From Euprymna scolopes (lineage: Eukaryota): a stretch of DNA of 64,000 bases. Every line of letters starts with the position of its first letter. The stretch's first letter is position 1. The position numbers and the translations under genes were made by a program. The notes below the pieces were generated by a model. It was given only the letters and a program-made list of their open reading frames with translations, made no database searches and was not told where the DNA came from. Location of the stretch: the NCBI GenBank assembly GCA_053919585.1, contig CM132783.1; one strand, written 5' to 3'. Of this stretch, positions 1 through 12,369 are shown in pieces.

Positions 1-65
1 TCCTTATCACACCGAAGTGGAACAGGCAATCCATCAACTAGACCTGGTTGGGAGGTCCTACTTAC

Positions 66-183
66 TACGTTTGTATCTTTTCTTCGACACAAATGAATAA
101 TCGTACCACTACTGTAATTTTTTTTTGTTTTTACACGCCAATGAACATGTTTTAAACGATTAGGTTCTTAGTAGGGCGCCCCC
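66..183 (-). pseudogene. Degenerate WSC-like exon cassette
   Basis: Minus strand: acceptor catttcgttcAG and donor GTaagt. With a frameshift it reads ...SFKTCSLACKNKKKITVVVRLFICVEEKIQT (C-x3-C ... C spacing). Confidence 0.5.
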
Positions 184-599
184 CTGAACGAAATGGTGAA
201 TGCATTATTATGGTGAAAGAGGATAAGTGTGGTGGAGTGGCCTTGTGCATAAGATTTGTTTATGTTCATTGTAAGCCTAAATAAAGGATCTAATAGTTCA
301 AAGTGTACTATCTGTTCTTGAGGCGCTGCACGTAAATGTAATCAGTTTCGGTAAACGTGGAGGTAGCCAGTCATATCAAAAATTACACTTGAAGCAATCA
401 GTTTGGGGAAAACAAATCAATAAATCGGCAGAAAACTGAAAACTATAAAAGAAACCTTCATTATTGCGCGTAAGTGATGCTTATCTTGTTGTATATTGAT
501 TTATATTGGAGGAGATGATATATTAAAACGTGTCATGTGTTATCTAGTGGATGTAAAATATTGTTATTTTAACAGACAGATATAAAACGTATAAATCGT

Positions 600-690
600 A
601 TGTATGTTGTTTAGCCAGGGGGAATTATATTGACGTGTAAACCGAGTCGTGTCGCATCAGACTTATCACACGGGCTATTTTTACAGTTCA
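600..690 (-). pseudogene. Degenerate C-type-lectin-like N-half cassette
   Basis: NCKNSPCDKSDAT(R)LGLH / QYNSPWLNNI across a 1-nt frameshift; resembles a W-I-G-L ... S-P-W motif. Confidence 0.4.
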
Positions 691-720
691 TATATAAGAA
701 GAATAATATATGCTTCATAC

Positions 721-821
721 CTTTTTTCTTGAAGAGATCTTTTAACTTCCTGCTGCTCCGTGACGAACCATGAAGCGATCAGCACCAACCTATTGAGACA
801 TAGGTTCTTATTTGTGAAACC
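721..821 (-). other. Exon-like segment of uncertain module type
   Basis: Strong acceptor tgttttaAG and donor aag|GTatga. One open frame: GFTNKNLCLNRLVLIASWFVTEQQEVKRSLQEK. Confidence 0.3.
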
Positions 822-1141
822 CTTAAAACAACACCTTATATTTTTTATAACATAAATTTATCACAGATGTTTCAAATGGTTTTTTTTTCATCCGTCGCTC
901 AAATCAATTAACAAGAATACAATGACAATAATAATAATTTTTTATCCTTGACCCCGCTTGCCACAGTAAACAGATACTACGCTATGATGACAGCCTAAAG
1001 GGTCATAACATTACAATCTTAATTATCATCTTAATTATTTCACTATCTACTTTGGCGGAATGGTTAATTACACTACGATTTCGAGGTTGATTCCACATTT
1101 ATCTCTATCTATTTTTCTCCACACTGGTAATAGTTAATTAC

Positions 1142-1234
1142 CAACTCCGTTTTTACGTTTTTCCTCCGTCGCGTTACAAGTTCGATCCTTTTTCTAACAC
1201 CTAGAAACACCCAGGACACAACGGGTCCCCTCGC
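1142..1234 (-). pseudogene. Degenerate C-type-lectin-like C-half cassette
   Basis: acAG|GC GAG ... GEGTRCVLGVSRC*KKDRTCNATEEKRKNGV|GTaatt; one in-frame stop. Confidence 0.45.
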
Positions 1235-1326
1235 CTGTCTTATTTATAATTCAAAAAAATTATATTATAATTCAACAGCCTTTAGTTCTAAGTTATCGTT
1301 AATTTATCTCTATGTATGTATGCGTA

Positions 1327-1493
1327 NNNNNNNNNNNNNNNNNNNNNNNNNNNNNNNNNNNNNNNNNNNNNNNNNNNNNNNNNNNNNNNNNNNNNNNNNN
1401 NNNNNNNNNNNNNNNNNNNNNNNNNNNNNNNNNNNNNNNNNNNNNNNNNNNNNNNNNNNNNNNNNNNNNNNNNNNNNNNNNNNNNNNNNNNNN
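1327..1493 (-). other. N-masked block, probable exon/cassette
   Basis: Flanks read as a minus-strand donor ([g]tacgcatac) and a pyrimidine-rich acceptor (gtaatttgaatttt[..ag]). Content is not visible. Confidence 0.5.
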
Positions 1494-1880
1494 AAAATTC
1501 AAATTACAAATTAAAATTCTGTTTCATAAAAAGGAACCAAACAAAGTCAATAATTTGTACGATCGTTTCGGATACGATATTTTTATTGCGATATACTTTA
1601 AGTCATGGACAATAATTTTGACACATAGTTTTTTTGAAACAAAGTATTTTCATCAGCAAAAATATTGGGTGTTTTTTTTACATAAAAGACACCGTAAAAA
1701 ACTAGCATTTTTTAAGTAAGGCAAACGTATTTGGAAAATATTATAATACAGATATTAGTTACTTAATTATGTTGATAAGCAAAGTAATATGGGTTGAGAA
1801 TAAAAAAATAGAATAAAATTATAAATCTGAATTTGCTTTAAATATGATGTTATGATAATATGTTTTTAATAAAAGTTAAC

Positions 1881-2011
1881 NNNNNNNNNNNNNNNNNNNN
1901 NNNNNNNNNNNNNNNNNNNNNNNNNNNNNNNNNNNNNNNNNNNNNNNNNNNNNNNNNNNNNNNNNNNNNNNNNNNNNNNNNNNNNNNNNNNNNNNNNNNN
2001 NNNNNNNNNNN
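1881..2011 (-). other. N-masked block, probable exon/cassette
   Basis: Minus-strand donor GTtaac directly at the left edge and acceptor ttcggttttca[g] at the right edge. Confidence 0.55.
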
Positions 2012-2064
2012 TGAAAACCGAAATTATCGTCAAATAATTCATTTGTATGTTGATTGTACCTTAT

Positions 2065-2289
2065 AAATACACGAAATGTTAAATTTTCAAAGTGAACGCT
2101 AATGGAACCCGTTGAGCGGTTAGAATATGTTAGTAACGCTTAGTTTTAAATTTAATAGATTCGAAAAACTAAGGGGAGATAATCTTTGTTGTTAATAATT
2201 CAACATTTCGTGCACTTATAAGCTACAATCAATATTCAAATGGATGCTTTGGCGAGGATTACGGTTTTCAAACGGCCAACAAATAAAAG
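2065..2289 (+). pseudogene. Two degenerate lectin-like cassettes (C-half then N-half)
   Basis: YTKC*IFKVNANGTR*AVRIC**RLVL, then ...MLWRGLRFSNGQQIK-G|GTaaat. Confidence 0.45.
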
Positions 2290-2659
2290 GTAAATGTATA
2301 TTTTTGCTGATGAGGGGACTTTGTTTAAAAAAATATATATGTGCAAAATTATTGTCCATGACTTACTATAAATCGCAATACAACATCGTTTCCGAAACAA
2401 TCGTACATAATATTGACTTTGTGGTGTTTCTTCTTATGAATTAGATTTTTAATTTGTAATTTTTAATTATCAATCACATTAGTAAATATTAAATTAACTC
2501 TAGGATATTTGCCTATCGAGCTTATTATATATCTGCATAACAACTACGAGCACTGTTCTTTTCTTGTACTTTAATTAAATTAGTAATTTTACTATCACAT
2601 TAAAATACAATCTGCTCTTTAGACTACTGTTCTTACCCTCTTTAAATTATATATCAATC

Positions 2660-2895
2660 GTTGAACCCAACTTGTACCAGATGGGTTAGCAGTTGGAAAT
2701 ATTAGGTGCTGTATGTGCCATTCTCTTATCTAGATATGGGTTCCAGTCGTCTAAAACCTCCACTTGCAACTGGTATTTAAAAACGTTGATTCTGGAGAGC
2801 TGTGAACGAGATTGTGCAATTCTTGCTACAAGATTCTATGTGTAGCCTTACATTCATCCGGTATCTCTGTCCTGTCAAGACGGAAGAAAGCTACG
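2660..2895 (+). mobile_element. Probable SINE/LINE-UTR-like repeat fragment
   Basis: GC-richer segment resembling retroposon UTR sequence; family not identified. Confidence 0.25.
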
Positions 2896-3868
2896 ATATA
2901 GATATATGATAGCAGCTAATTCGTTCTCGAATACTGTTGTTATTAATATTGGAAGACTGCTCACCAGTGAGCCGCACGAGAGCCCACCTCAGCCATTCTT
3001 TGGCATAGCAGTTATGAGCGCTACTTGCACCACGCGCTGGACGGCAGCATCTTAACCGCCTACGTCTTGCACGTCTGCCCGAAGTTGAAATGTTAGTTCT
3101 GGCGACATAGGATTGTTTTATTGACGTTCATATTTGTATCACACTTCATTGAATGGTTGTTTTTGTTTTAGGTTCAGTCAGCATTTTCTGATCGAGATAC
3201 ACACTGATAGTAAAAGTTGTATGTCATTGTAAACCAATAATAGCAGGGCTTGAAGCTTTTTATAGCGAGAAAGTACTTTGCACCGAGTAACCCAATCTCT
3301 CGTTCTCTCTCTCCCGTCCTCTCTGTCTCTCTCCTTTTCTTCTCTCTCTCTCTCTCTCGCTGAGTGACTGCCACATTGAACCAAAAGAAGAGCAATTAAA
3401 CATCTTTGGATGCCGCCAACACCGCAGGATTTATATAAGAGGAATTAGTCCCTCTAAGCTGCGGCATTCATGGTCTACCAGCGTGTGTGGTAAGCTCTGA
3501 GGCTAAGCAACTTACGTCCCAATGATGGATCAAATCACATGGGATGGTGGAGAGGACTCCGTAAGCTGAGGTTAAGGAAACTATCTCTCGGAGAATGGAA
3601 ACCCCTCATATAAAATATATATATTCTAACTGATGGTCTCCAAATCTCTTTTTTTACTTTTGAAATAACTACTATATATATGGTGCACAACTTACTAATA
3701 AATAGAAAATGGATATTATAATACATACTAAATATGCATAAAATAAATATCGTATTAACACGTACTGTTTTACCAAGCAATGAGAGACAGTCTTCAAATA
3801 TTCTGTAAACTACTATAGAAAATGCCCTCCCGCTTAATTGAGTAATTATTTAAATGCCGCCCACATGT

Positions 3869-3906
<38 letters not shown>

Positions 3907-4350
3907 ATGTCACTATATCTAATACTACTACATGCTGTTTTTGTAAACAAATCAGAAAGAAACGATTTAATTGGTAAGGGAGGCAATTACATATATTGCA
4001 TGGTAAACACATTTTTCATGTATGTATATATGAGAAACACATCGAAACCATTCGTTAGCGACACTAAATCCCTGTGATAAAACTGTTACCACATAAACTG
4101 TTGATCTTCCACGGCGAAATCTCTATTTAATATACCCATGTTGGCGGCTTTGCTGGGGCGATTGGAAATTACTTTATTCAAGCAATATACTCATGACGCA
4201 CAGGGAAGCAGTTGGTTTGTAATGAAAGCCAAAAGACCAGTCTCCACTATTATAAATATTGGTCATAGATCTGATGGATTTAGGTTGAGTTTAGGTCTAC
4301 TTGCAAATGTGTAAGGTTGCTCATCTGGACAGTTTCTTATAAATAGTATA

Positions 4351-5400
4351 TACGAGGGGTGTATGAAAAGTTTTAAGCATCGTGTAGAAAAAGCGTGGAT
4401 GCATGGTCAACCCCATGGTTTTTTTTTGTATGTACAGACCTTTGTATGTATTCTTGTCATTTTTTTAAAATTCTATTATGTTTCTTATTATTTTTTTCAG
4501 GTTTTTTAATAAACGCGAGTCAAGAATTTAGTGAAAAATGGAGAAAACAGGAAATCGTGCAGTCATCAAGTGCCTGCATTTAAAATGCATGCCTGCCTCA
4601 GAAATTCATGAAGACATGGCGAGAACATTAGCAGAGAATTCCCCATCATATGCGACAGTGGCACGTTGGATCAAAGAATTCAAGCATGAGAGAGACAGCA
4701 TTGAAGACCCTCAACTAAAACAACCAAGGGTAACCTTGACCTTGCTTTGCAGATGGTCATGGAAGATCGTAGAATATCAAGCTGTCAGATAGCAGAGAGA
4801 TTTTGGATATCCATTGAGCGAGCAGACAAAATTATGACCAAAGAACTGGGATTCTTTAAGGTTTCTGCAAGGTGGGGTCCTCGTTTGACAGCTGAACAGA
4901 AACGCACCTTGATCGAATACCTTGAGAAGGGGCACACAGTGACTGATCAGCATTATTCTGGTCAACTGAAGCGCCTACGGGAAGCATCAAAGAAAAAAGG
5001 CCAGGAATGCTCACAAGAGGAATCCTCTTCCACCACGACAATGCACCAGCCCACACTTAAGTGGTTGCCATGCCAACGATTTATGATTGTGGTTTCGAAC
5101 TTGTTCCTCATCCACCTTATTCGCCAGACTTGCTCCCCTCTCTGACTTTCATCTGTTCCCCCAAATGAAAAAAAAAACCTTGGCTGATCGCCATTTTGCA
5201 AGTGATGATGACGTTGTAGATGCAGTAAAGGAGTTTATTCTGTCCCAAACAAAGGCATCCTTCTACACCGGGATGAAAAGTGCTTCAGCACCGTTGGAGC
5301 AAGTGATCAGCCAATGAGGGGGACTATGTTGAAAAATAAATTATCGAGATTCTTTAATTCTTTTTAGTTATTCTAATGCTTGAAACTTTTCATACCCCCT

Positions 5401-5404
<4 letters not shown>
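4351..5404 (+). mobile_element. Mariner (Tc1/mariner) DNA transposon, internally deleted and frameshifted
   Basis: TIRs tacgaggggtgtatgaaaagttttaagcat / atgcttgaaacttttcataccccctccta in a TA context. Transposase motifs: RAVIKCLHLK, PSYATVARW, SARWGPRL (WVPR-like), HHDNAPAH, HPPYSPDL, SDFHLF. Confidence 0.95.
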
Positions 5405-5460
<56 letters not shown>

Positions 5461-5782
5461 ATTTTCAAGTGGACTGAGGGCATGTAATATAAGTGAGAAT
5501 AATAATTCTCTGCTCGCGCCATCGTCATGATTTGAAAAGAAAATCGCAGCGATTTGAGCTCCCTTGTATTTGAGGAGTTTGCATTTACTCAGTCAATTTC
5601 AATGTTTGCATTTACAAGCAACTTAAAAGCAACAACAACAACATCAACAATAATAATAATAATGATAACAACAGCAAAAATAACAATTAGAATAACAACT
5701 ATAATAATAATAATAATAATAATAACAATAATAATAATAAATTAATAAATAAATAAATAAATAGATATAATGAGACACAAAT

Positions 5783-5870
5783 TTTTATATCCACGCGTGA
5801 GAAAAAATGGAAAGACGCCATTACTTCGGTAATAAAAGCGAAACCGTTTTGCCCAATGCAGAATTAACGT
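5783..5870 (+). pseudogene. C-type-lectin-like N-half cassette
   Basis: FISTREKKWKDAITS... matches the CTLD beta1/alpha1 pattern F-x4-K-x-W-x-D-A; a stop follows. Confidence 0.55.
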
Positions 5871-6974
5871 CTACAACTATTAAACTACGCTAATTAACAA
5901 CCACATTTTAATATTGTAATATTACTAAAACAGGAGCATTACAAAGCGATTACTGATTATATGGATTTAATCCTGTTTTGTTCTATCACTGCTTCCGTCG
6001 CTGTTGTTTATGTTACTAGTGGTTGAGCTGATGAAGATGATGATGAGGATAATATGAGTAGGAGGGAAACTAAGCAAATGATAAATAGTATGTTTCATAA
6101 GAAAAAAGCAAAACTAATCTAAATAGAACTAAATGTCGGATTTTTTATGGTAAATTTGCAGTCGCCTTCGAAATTCAATATATCGCACAGAAGTTGGAGA
6201 CAGAAAAAAGGCGAATAATAAGAAAGCAATGTATTAGAAATGACAATTCAATAGTGATGAAAATCTCGTCTCTCCTGATCAAGTGCTTTACAATTGTGTC
6301 CCCGGGGACAGAGAGCCAATTCAAGAGAAAACTAAGAGGAAGGGAGGGAAATAAGGAGAGATCGAGAGAAATAGAGTCATAGAAGAAAAAAAAAACAACA
6401 ACAAAAAAGACGTTGATTGAAATATTGCGTAGAAAAAAATCAGCATTGGAATTAGATTAGAAAGATAAAAATCAAATTAATGTCAATGACTGAATTTATT
6501 ATAGCTTTCTTTTATTTTAGTGTTGGTTAAAAGATTCGTTTATTTTCACTTGAATTTCTTTTTCTCCTTTTCGTATTTGTAAATTGGAACAATATATTTA
6601 AGAAGAAATAACGATTGGCAAAGTGTCGATATTAAACTGAAAAACATTCTTATTTTCATATTTTAATTTTCAGTGGCCTCATTTATTTGTATAAATATGC
6701 CTTACTTCGAAGAAACATTAAAATATATTTCTTCTGTCAGGTATATATTTCGTAGATGAATATAGTATCTATATTACTATCTGCAAATCATTATTACATT
6801 CAGATAAGTAAAGCATAATCCTTATATAATCTGCTCGTTAACCGAAAAACTACGCTCAACGTAAACAGGCAACAATCTAACTTCCATCAAGATAATGCCT
6901 AACCTTACATATCACAAATGACTAACTATATTTTAGGAGGGAAGTCTTGTCTAATATGACATTATCTCATGATC

Positions 6975-7345
6975 TAGCTCCCTGCAAAGTATCACTTACT
7001 CTGCGGATGAAACAAATATATGAAATGGCCACAGGTAAACATTTCGAAAGGCTATTGGTCAGATCCTGAGCAATTTTCATGTGCGATATTTATAAACTCA
7101 TTAACAACTAAAATCAAATTATACACAGCCAATATCATGAAGTTTTCGAATTAATAGATAAAACGCAGTATTTTTTTTTAAGGATTAAGTTATTTTGTCG
7201 ACAATCACTTTTACTTTTATCTTATATTTATGCGTTAAGGAATCCTCGATAACAAACGCACCGAGTTCATTCTAGCAGAATATGCGATTAGTATTGAAGT
7301 CGGCAGTATTTCAACGCATTTAAATAATGTTTCATATACCTACGT
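6975..7345 (+). pseudogene. Degenerate lectin/WSC-like cassettes
   Basis: DETNI*NGHR (W-x-G position is TGA), AIFMCD, and RICD*Y*SRQYFNAFK*CF. Confidence 0.35.
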
Positions 7346-7789
7346 AAAGAGTTTCAGTTGTTTTGGTTCCGGGTAACGTTTCTTCTATATTTATCTATAA
7401 TGTAACATTCTACATGCGCATCATTCGCCTGTAGCTTATATGCATTAGTCTCCTAATACAAAAACAACCCCTAAAAATTTAATCGTTTTCTGATATTGCG
7501 ATCCATTGTATGATTTCAGTCAACCCTCTGATCCTAATCTCTCAATGTTTTTTTTCAGTTATTTTCAAGAATATTCCAAGTGGTTCTACTACCAGCTGTG
7601 TTACCACTATTTACCCAATCTGCCATATTTCTTTGAGTTCTCCTCAAATTTCGTGTATTTGTCGTGCTTCTCTTTATTCTTGTTCTAAACTCCACGGTCT
7701 GTTGCTACGGCGAAATCTATACTCTGGCCGCACATTTTCTTTTTGTTAACTATTGTGGCATCCTCTATTCTTGCTCGGATAAATTTGAT

Positions 7790-7860
<71 letters not shown>

Positions 7861-9415
7861 GTCCTAGTTGAATCAGGTGCTTATTATATTGTTTATTGTT
7901 TTGTCGCTTTGTCCACAGACATTACATTTACTGTTTCTTGTGTTTTTTATTCTTGCTGTGATGTGGTTTGTTTGAATCGCGGTATCTTGTACGGATTCAA
8001 TTTCTATGATTAAGTTAAATTTTTGTAGACATTTCTATGTGTTTTCGTTGCTTTCATATTTATATTTTTAATGACTCGTTCATGTAGCGCTTTCTCTTCC
8101 ATTTTTTAATAGTTCTTTTAACTTTATTTTCTTATTTTCTTTTTTGTTTGTTTTCAGTGTCTTTTACTGTAGTAAATTCCTTTTCTGTGATCTGCAGTAT
8201 GCATTTTTAATTCTTATATTCCTGAAATTTACACCATCTTGTATACAGACCATTAATCTACTTCTGTCTTTCCAATTTACAAAAGGTCGTACAGCCTATT
8301 CGTTTGGATGTAAGTCATTATGCATATACATAAATTTTTGGATCCTCTGGTAAATATGGCTTGGTTCTTCTTTGGTCCAGTCTATAAACGGTCAGAAGTA
8401 TCTTACTAGTTACACTGGCAATGTGTTTATAGCGTTTAACCGCGGTTTCTGTATAGTTTAGGTTTTAGGTATGGTCTTGTTTTTCAGATGTATTCCTTTC
8501 GATTAATACTTTCATTTCTGTTTGTATATGCTGCCTGCTTCAAGAACTGACAAACAGTTTAAATGCCATCTCCTATCACGTTTCTCTATGTCCGTTTGGT
8601 TGGGCAGCCCCATTTCTTCTGCTGCCCTTATATTCCACCTTCATCTGATCAACAGTGTCCATTTTTAAATGCGTAATTCCATGCGATATCCTGTCTATAC
8701 AGTTTGGTTGTATCTATAAGCGTCTCTTGGTCTATTTGGTTTTCGTTACCAGTTCCAGATCGCGGATTTTAATTAGAATGTTAATTCTTTCATCTGTATT
8801 AGTTTATTTGTAACCGGCTTAGCACTTCCTTTGTCTATTCCTAAGAACATCGTTACTATGAGTAACAACGTTTTAAAATACCACATTGTATTTTAATCCT
8901 AGTTATGTATTCTGCCACAAGTGTTAGTGGAAGTCTTTATGTTCTCCTTACATTCTCTATCAAATTACAAATTCTGCCTGATATTTTGTTAATTCCCAGG
9001 CATTCTACTAAATTGCTTCCGAGATCCTGTCGTACAACCTTTCCTGCCAATCCCTGTTATGAGTTTGTTCATTTTTTGTAGTTTTACCTCCCACGGTACC
9101 GCATGTTTTCCCTTTTTTCGGTTTTACAAACATAAGAAATGTCCAAGTTCAGCCAAGGGAATTTTGTTGGATTAAAAAAATTACATGTAAGTTTTAATAT
9201 TAACAAGTATAAGTGTGTAAATAAATATACATAATAACTCAATCTTCTTTCCGTTTATTGGGACTCAAGCAAAAATTATTCTGTATATAAGTAGTCAGGT
9301 CTCTGCAAACCTGATTAGTCAAACGAAGATTGTTCAAGTAAAATGTTTATCAGTTCGTTTCCTTGTTTTAGATATAATAGAATTTGTTATCTCATATACA
9401 TTAATAAATACACGC

Positions 9416-9473
<58 letters not shown>

Positions 9474-11156
9474 ATACATTCATACTTATAAACACGCATA
9501 TGTATATATACATATATATATGCATACATACATGTGTACATATGTGTACATTCATGTATATATTCGCATATATTAAATATAATGTCACAGTAATAGAAAC
9601 TTGCTATTTGTAAATTGTTTCTCCATGATGCTAACTCATACTATTTTTGATTTCAGTTATATTATGAATCAATATTTATTTATCATTTATGTAATATTCG
9701 CTATGCAAAGCCATTGTTCCTAAATGTGGCTTAGGCAGTATCTTATGAATTTCTACTAGATTTTTAAGATAGACTGCTAATAATTCTCCAATCATATTAA
9801 TATGCTGCCATAAGATTTTATTACTTCTCACGTTCCAGTTGTCAATTTATTTTAATAATGATACATTTTTTATTTCATTTTTTCGTAGTATTATGAAATG
9901 AGAAGCATGGAGGGTCCAAGGGTTGCAACGCCCACATTTATTAGGTGCAAATGTGAGTATGGAGCTTTACGATCTTCTTCAGCTCGGCACGAAAAAAATC
10001 GCTTTGTTTTAAAGATTTCTTTGACATTCTACTGCTTTTTTCTTATTTGTGTTTGTTTTAACTCAAACAATATATGCCATACACTTTCGTTTTAATTTCA
10101 TTAAAAAAAATAAACAGAGAGATACATAAAAGTGTATATCGTAGGAATGGCACCAGCGAATAATAGTAACAAAATGAAAAAAAAAACGGAAGTGGCAGGG
10201 AAATTAGAATATTGACTCAGAAAAGGAAGAAAAAGAAAGGAGAGAAACATCATAAAAAGAAAGTGATGCGCGTAAACGGCAAGTGATGCCTTTGAGAAAC
10301 TTAAACCATTGAAACATTCCATTCATGAGATCTTTGGTTAACGCATAAGAGAATGTTTCTCATTTATGGATATAAATAAACGTCAGCGTTTTAACAATTT
10401 TGATATAACTTATATAATCTTTCAAACATCTAAAAAATAAAAAAATAAAAGCAATGTGCCTTTTCAATTTCAGTTTCAAAGTAAATCACAATATGTTGCA
10501 TCTCTAAAGAAAAGAACAAAATATAAAACGAACGAAACGAAAAAAAAATGAATTAGTAAAAAACATGTAATATTGTTACTTCATGAACTGCTTTTTTTCT
10601 CTCCAAAATTAATATACAAATAAGATTTTAAAAAGTATATATAACTGAAAATATTATGTGTCCGGTCTATATAGTAAAGTTTGGTTTAAATATTATTCAC
10701 GTCATATTTAATATCTTGATTTTGCATTTAGATTCAATAGTAAAATGCAACATGTCCTTGTGATGGTTCACATTCATTATTAGCATGTTCTGTGTTGATG
10801 TCTTTTGTGTGTGGTTGTGTGCGGAAGAGGTGTGTGGGTGTAAGTAATATGAATGGTTAAATTATGATGAGAAAAACACCAATAACCATGAGTCTTAGTA
10901 ACATAAGTGTAAATTGTCTAAAATTCCATGCATTCTATACAATGAAATATTACTTATCCATCCATCTATATTTAACTATAGTTACACAATACGCAATAAC
11001 CTATATCTATCAGGTATAACTGTACTCAATATCAAATGTTCCCTTGTATCTATACAGAGCATATGTCTTATCTTTCAGGCATATTAAATAATCAGTTAGG
11101 GCACGAAATCATAATTTCTAATAGCAAGTAAATCATTTGTTAACACTTTACCCTAT

Positions 11157-11293
11157 TCCTAAACTTAATAAACCATATCTAACCATACATCCTTAAACTT
11201 ACAAAACCATATCTAACCATAAATTCCTAAACTTACTAAACCATATCTAACCATACATTCCTAAACTTACAAAACTATATCTAACCATACATT
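11157..11293. repeat. Minisatellite with a ~34-nt unit (ttcctaaacttacaaaaccatatctaaccataca), ~4 copies
   Basis: Directly visible tandem copies, followed by cctaaccctaaccct. Confidence 0.85.
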
Positions 11294-11510
11294 AACTCGT
11301 CTCTCTCAATGAAATGCTGTTGGAAATTTAGATGCTTCCGCTGCATGAATCCTAACCCTAACCCTATCCCCTCTCCCAGTAAAAATGAAAATAGAAAGCA
11401 TAGTAATATCATTTTTTAACTACTTTTGAGGAGTGAAATTTTTCAGTAGATGTTAACCTAAATACCCAATTTTTTCAGTAGATATTAACCTACATAACGA
11501 ATCAATATCA

Positions 11511-11903
11511 ACTACCCATGCGGGGTCGCAGAAATACCTGGATTAGAACCCAGGCGCGGAGCGAACCCTCTCGGAGCCGATGGACCAGTAGATCTTCCCA
11601 GGTCATCCGTGTAGGAGAAGGAAAACTCTGAAGCTAAACCTAGGTGAGGGAGACCTCTTTAGTCCTGGACGGCAACCTTCCTAGAGCGGGTAACTAAAAC
11701 AAATCACCGGTTGGCAAATGTAAACCGTTTAAGGAGATAGACTCTGTATATCGCCCGGCTTTCATACTCCTTCTTTGCTTATTAGCCAGGCGTAGAGGTA
11801 CTATCACAGGGACTCGTCTGAATCACACAATGGTTGACCGTGTTTCCTGACTAGGGCAATGAACGCCGCTTTTTCCCGCTCCCGCCACATCCCATCCCAC
11901 TAA
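11511..11903 (+). mobile_element. Dispersed SINE-like/retroposon repeat ending in (TA)n
   Basis: Related copies at ~45380-45747 (+), ~17215-17350 (-) and ~19555-19800 (-), sharing tcgcccggctttcatact and ggcaatgaacg. Confidence 0.75.
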
Positions 11904-12001
11904 ATATATATATATATATATATATATGATTAGTTTTTTTGGAAAAAGAATTCCAGCAGAGTGCTCAATTAAAAGGAAAATCCAAATTTTAAGAGCGTAC
12001 T

Positions 12002-12073
12002 TATATTTTGTGTACAGAAAGTTGTTAGTTGAGACAGGTCATTGACCTGTCTCAACTAACAACTTTCTGTACA

Positions 12074-12082
<9 letters not shown>
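12002..12082. repeat. Perfect fold-back palindrome, 40-nt arms with a 1-nt spacer
   Basis: tatattttgtgtacagaaagttgttagttgagacaggtca-t-tgacctgtctcaactaacaactttctgtacacaaaatata. It ends a repeat (11925-12040) also present at ~60541-60670. Confidence 0.95.
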
Positions 12083-12109
<27 letters not shown>

Positions 12110-12369
12110 ATCTACATGAAAACAAATCATTCGTCTCCTCTCTTTGTAGTTTTCAACTTTTTTGCTTTGCAATATACACAGCCTTTTTTGCATGTAAGGA
12201 GTGGTAGCAGTAAGAAAATCAAACTGAGACTTTTTACTGTATCAAAATAGATAGAGAGTAATCTGTCCGTTCATATAAAATAAAGGACCAGTACAAGCGG
12301 TTGATCGTCAAGGTAAAGAAATGGGAGGTTATGTACAATAGTATCGGGATCTAACTGTTTTGTCTATAC

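Larger units (their letters stand above)
1497..2465. repeat. Inverted duplication, arms ~1497-1665 and ~2296-2465
   Basis: aagtcatggacaataattttg... is the reverse complement of ...caaaattattgtccatgactt, with similarity along ~170 nt. Each arm is itself a lectin-N-half-like cassette (KLLSMT-x ... Y-TGA-LC). Confidence 0.85.

Noticed and set aside
11157-11293. CRISPR-like array
   Set aside because: Head-to-tail minisatellite with no unique spacers, in a eukaryotic context.
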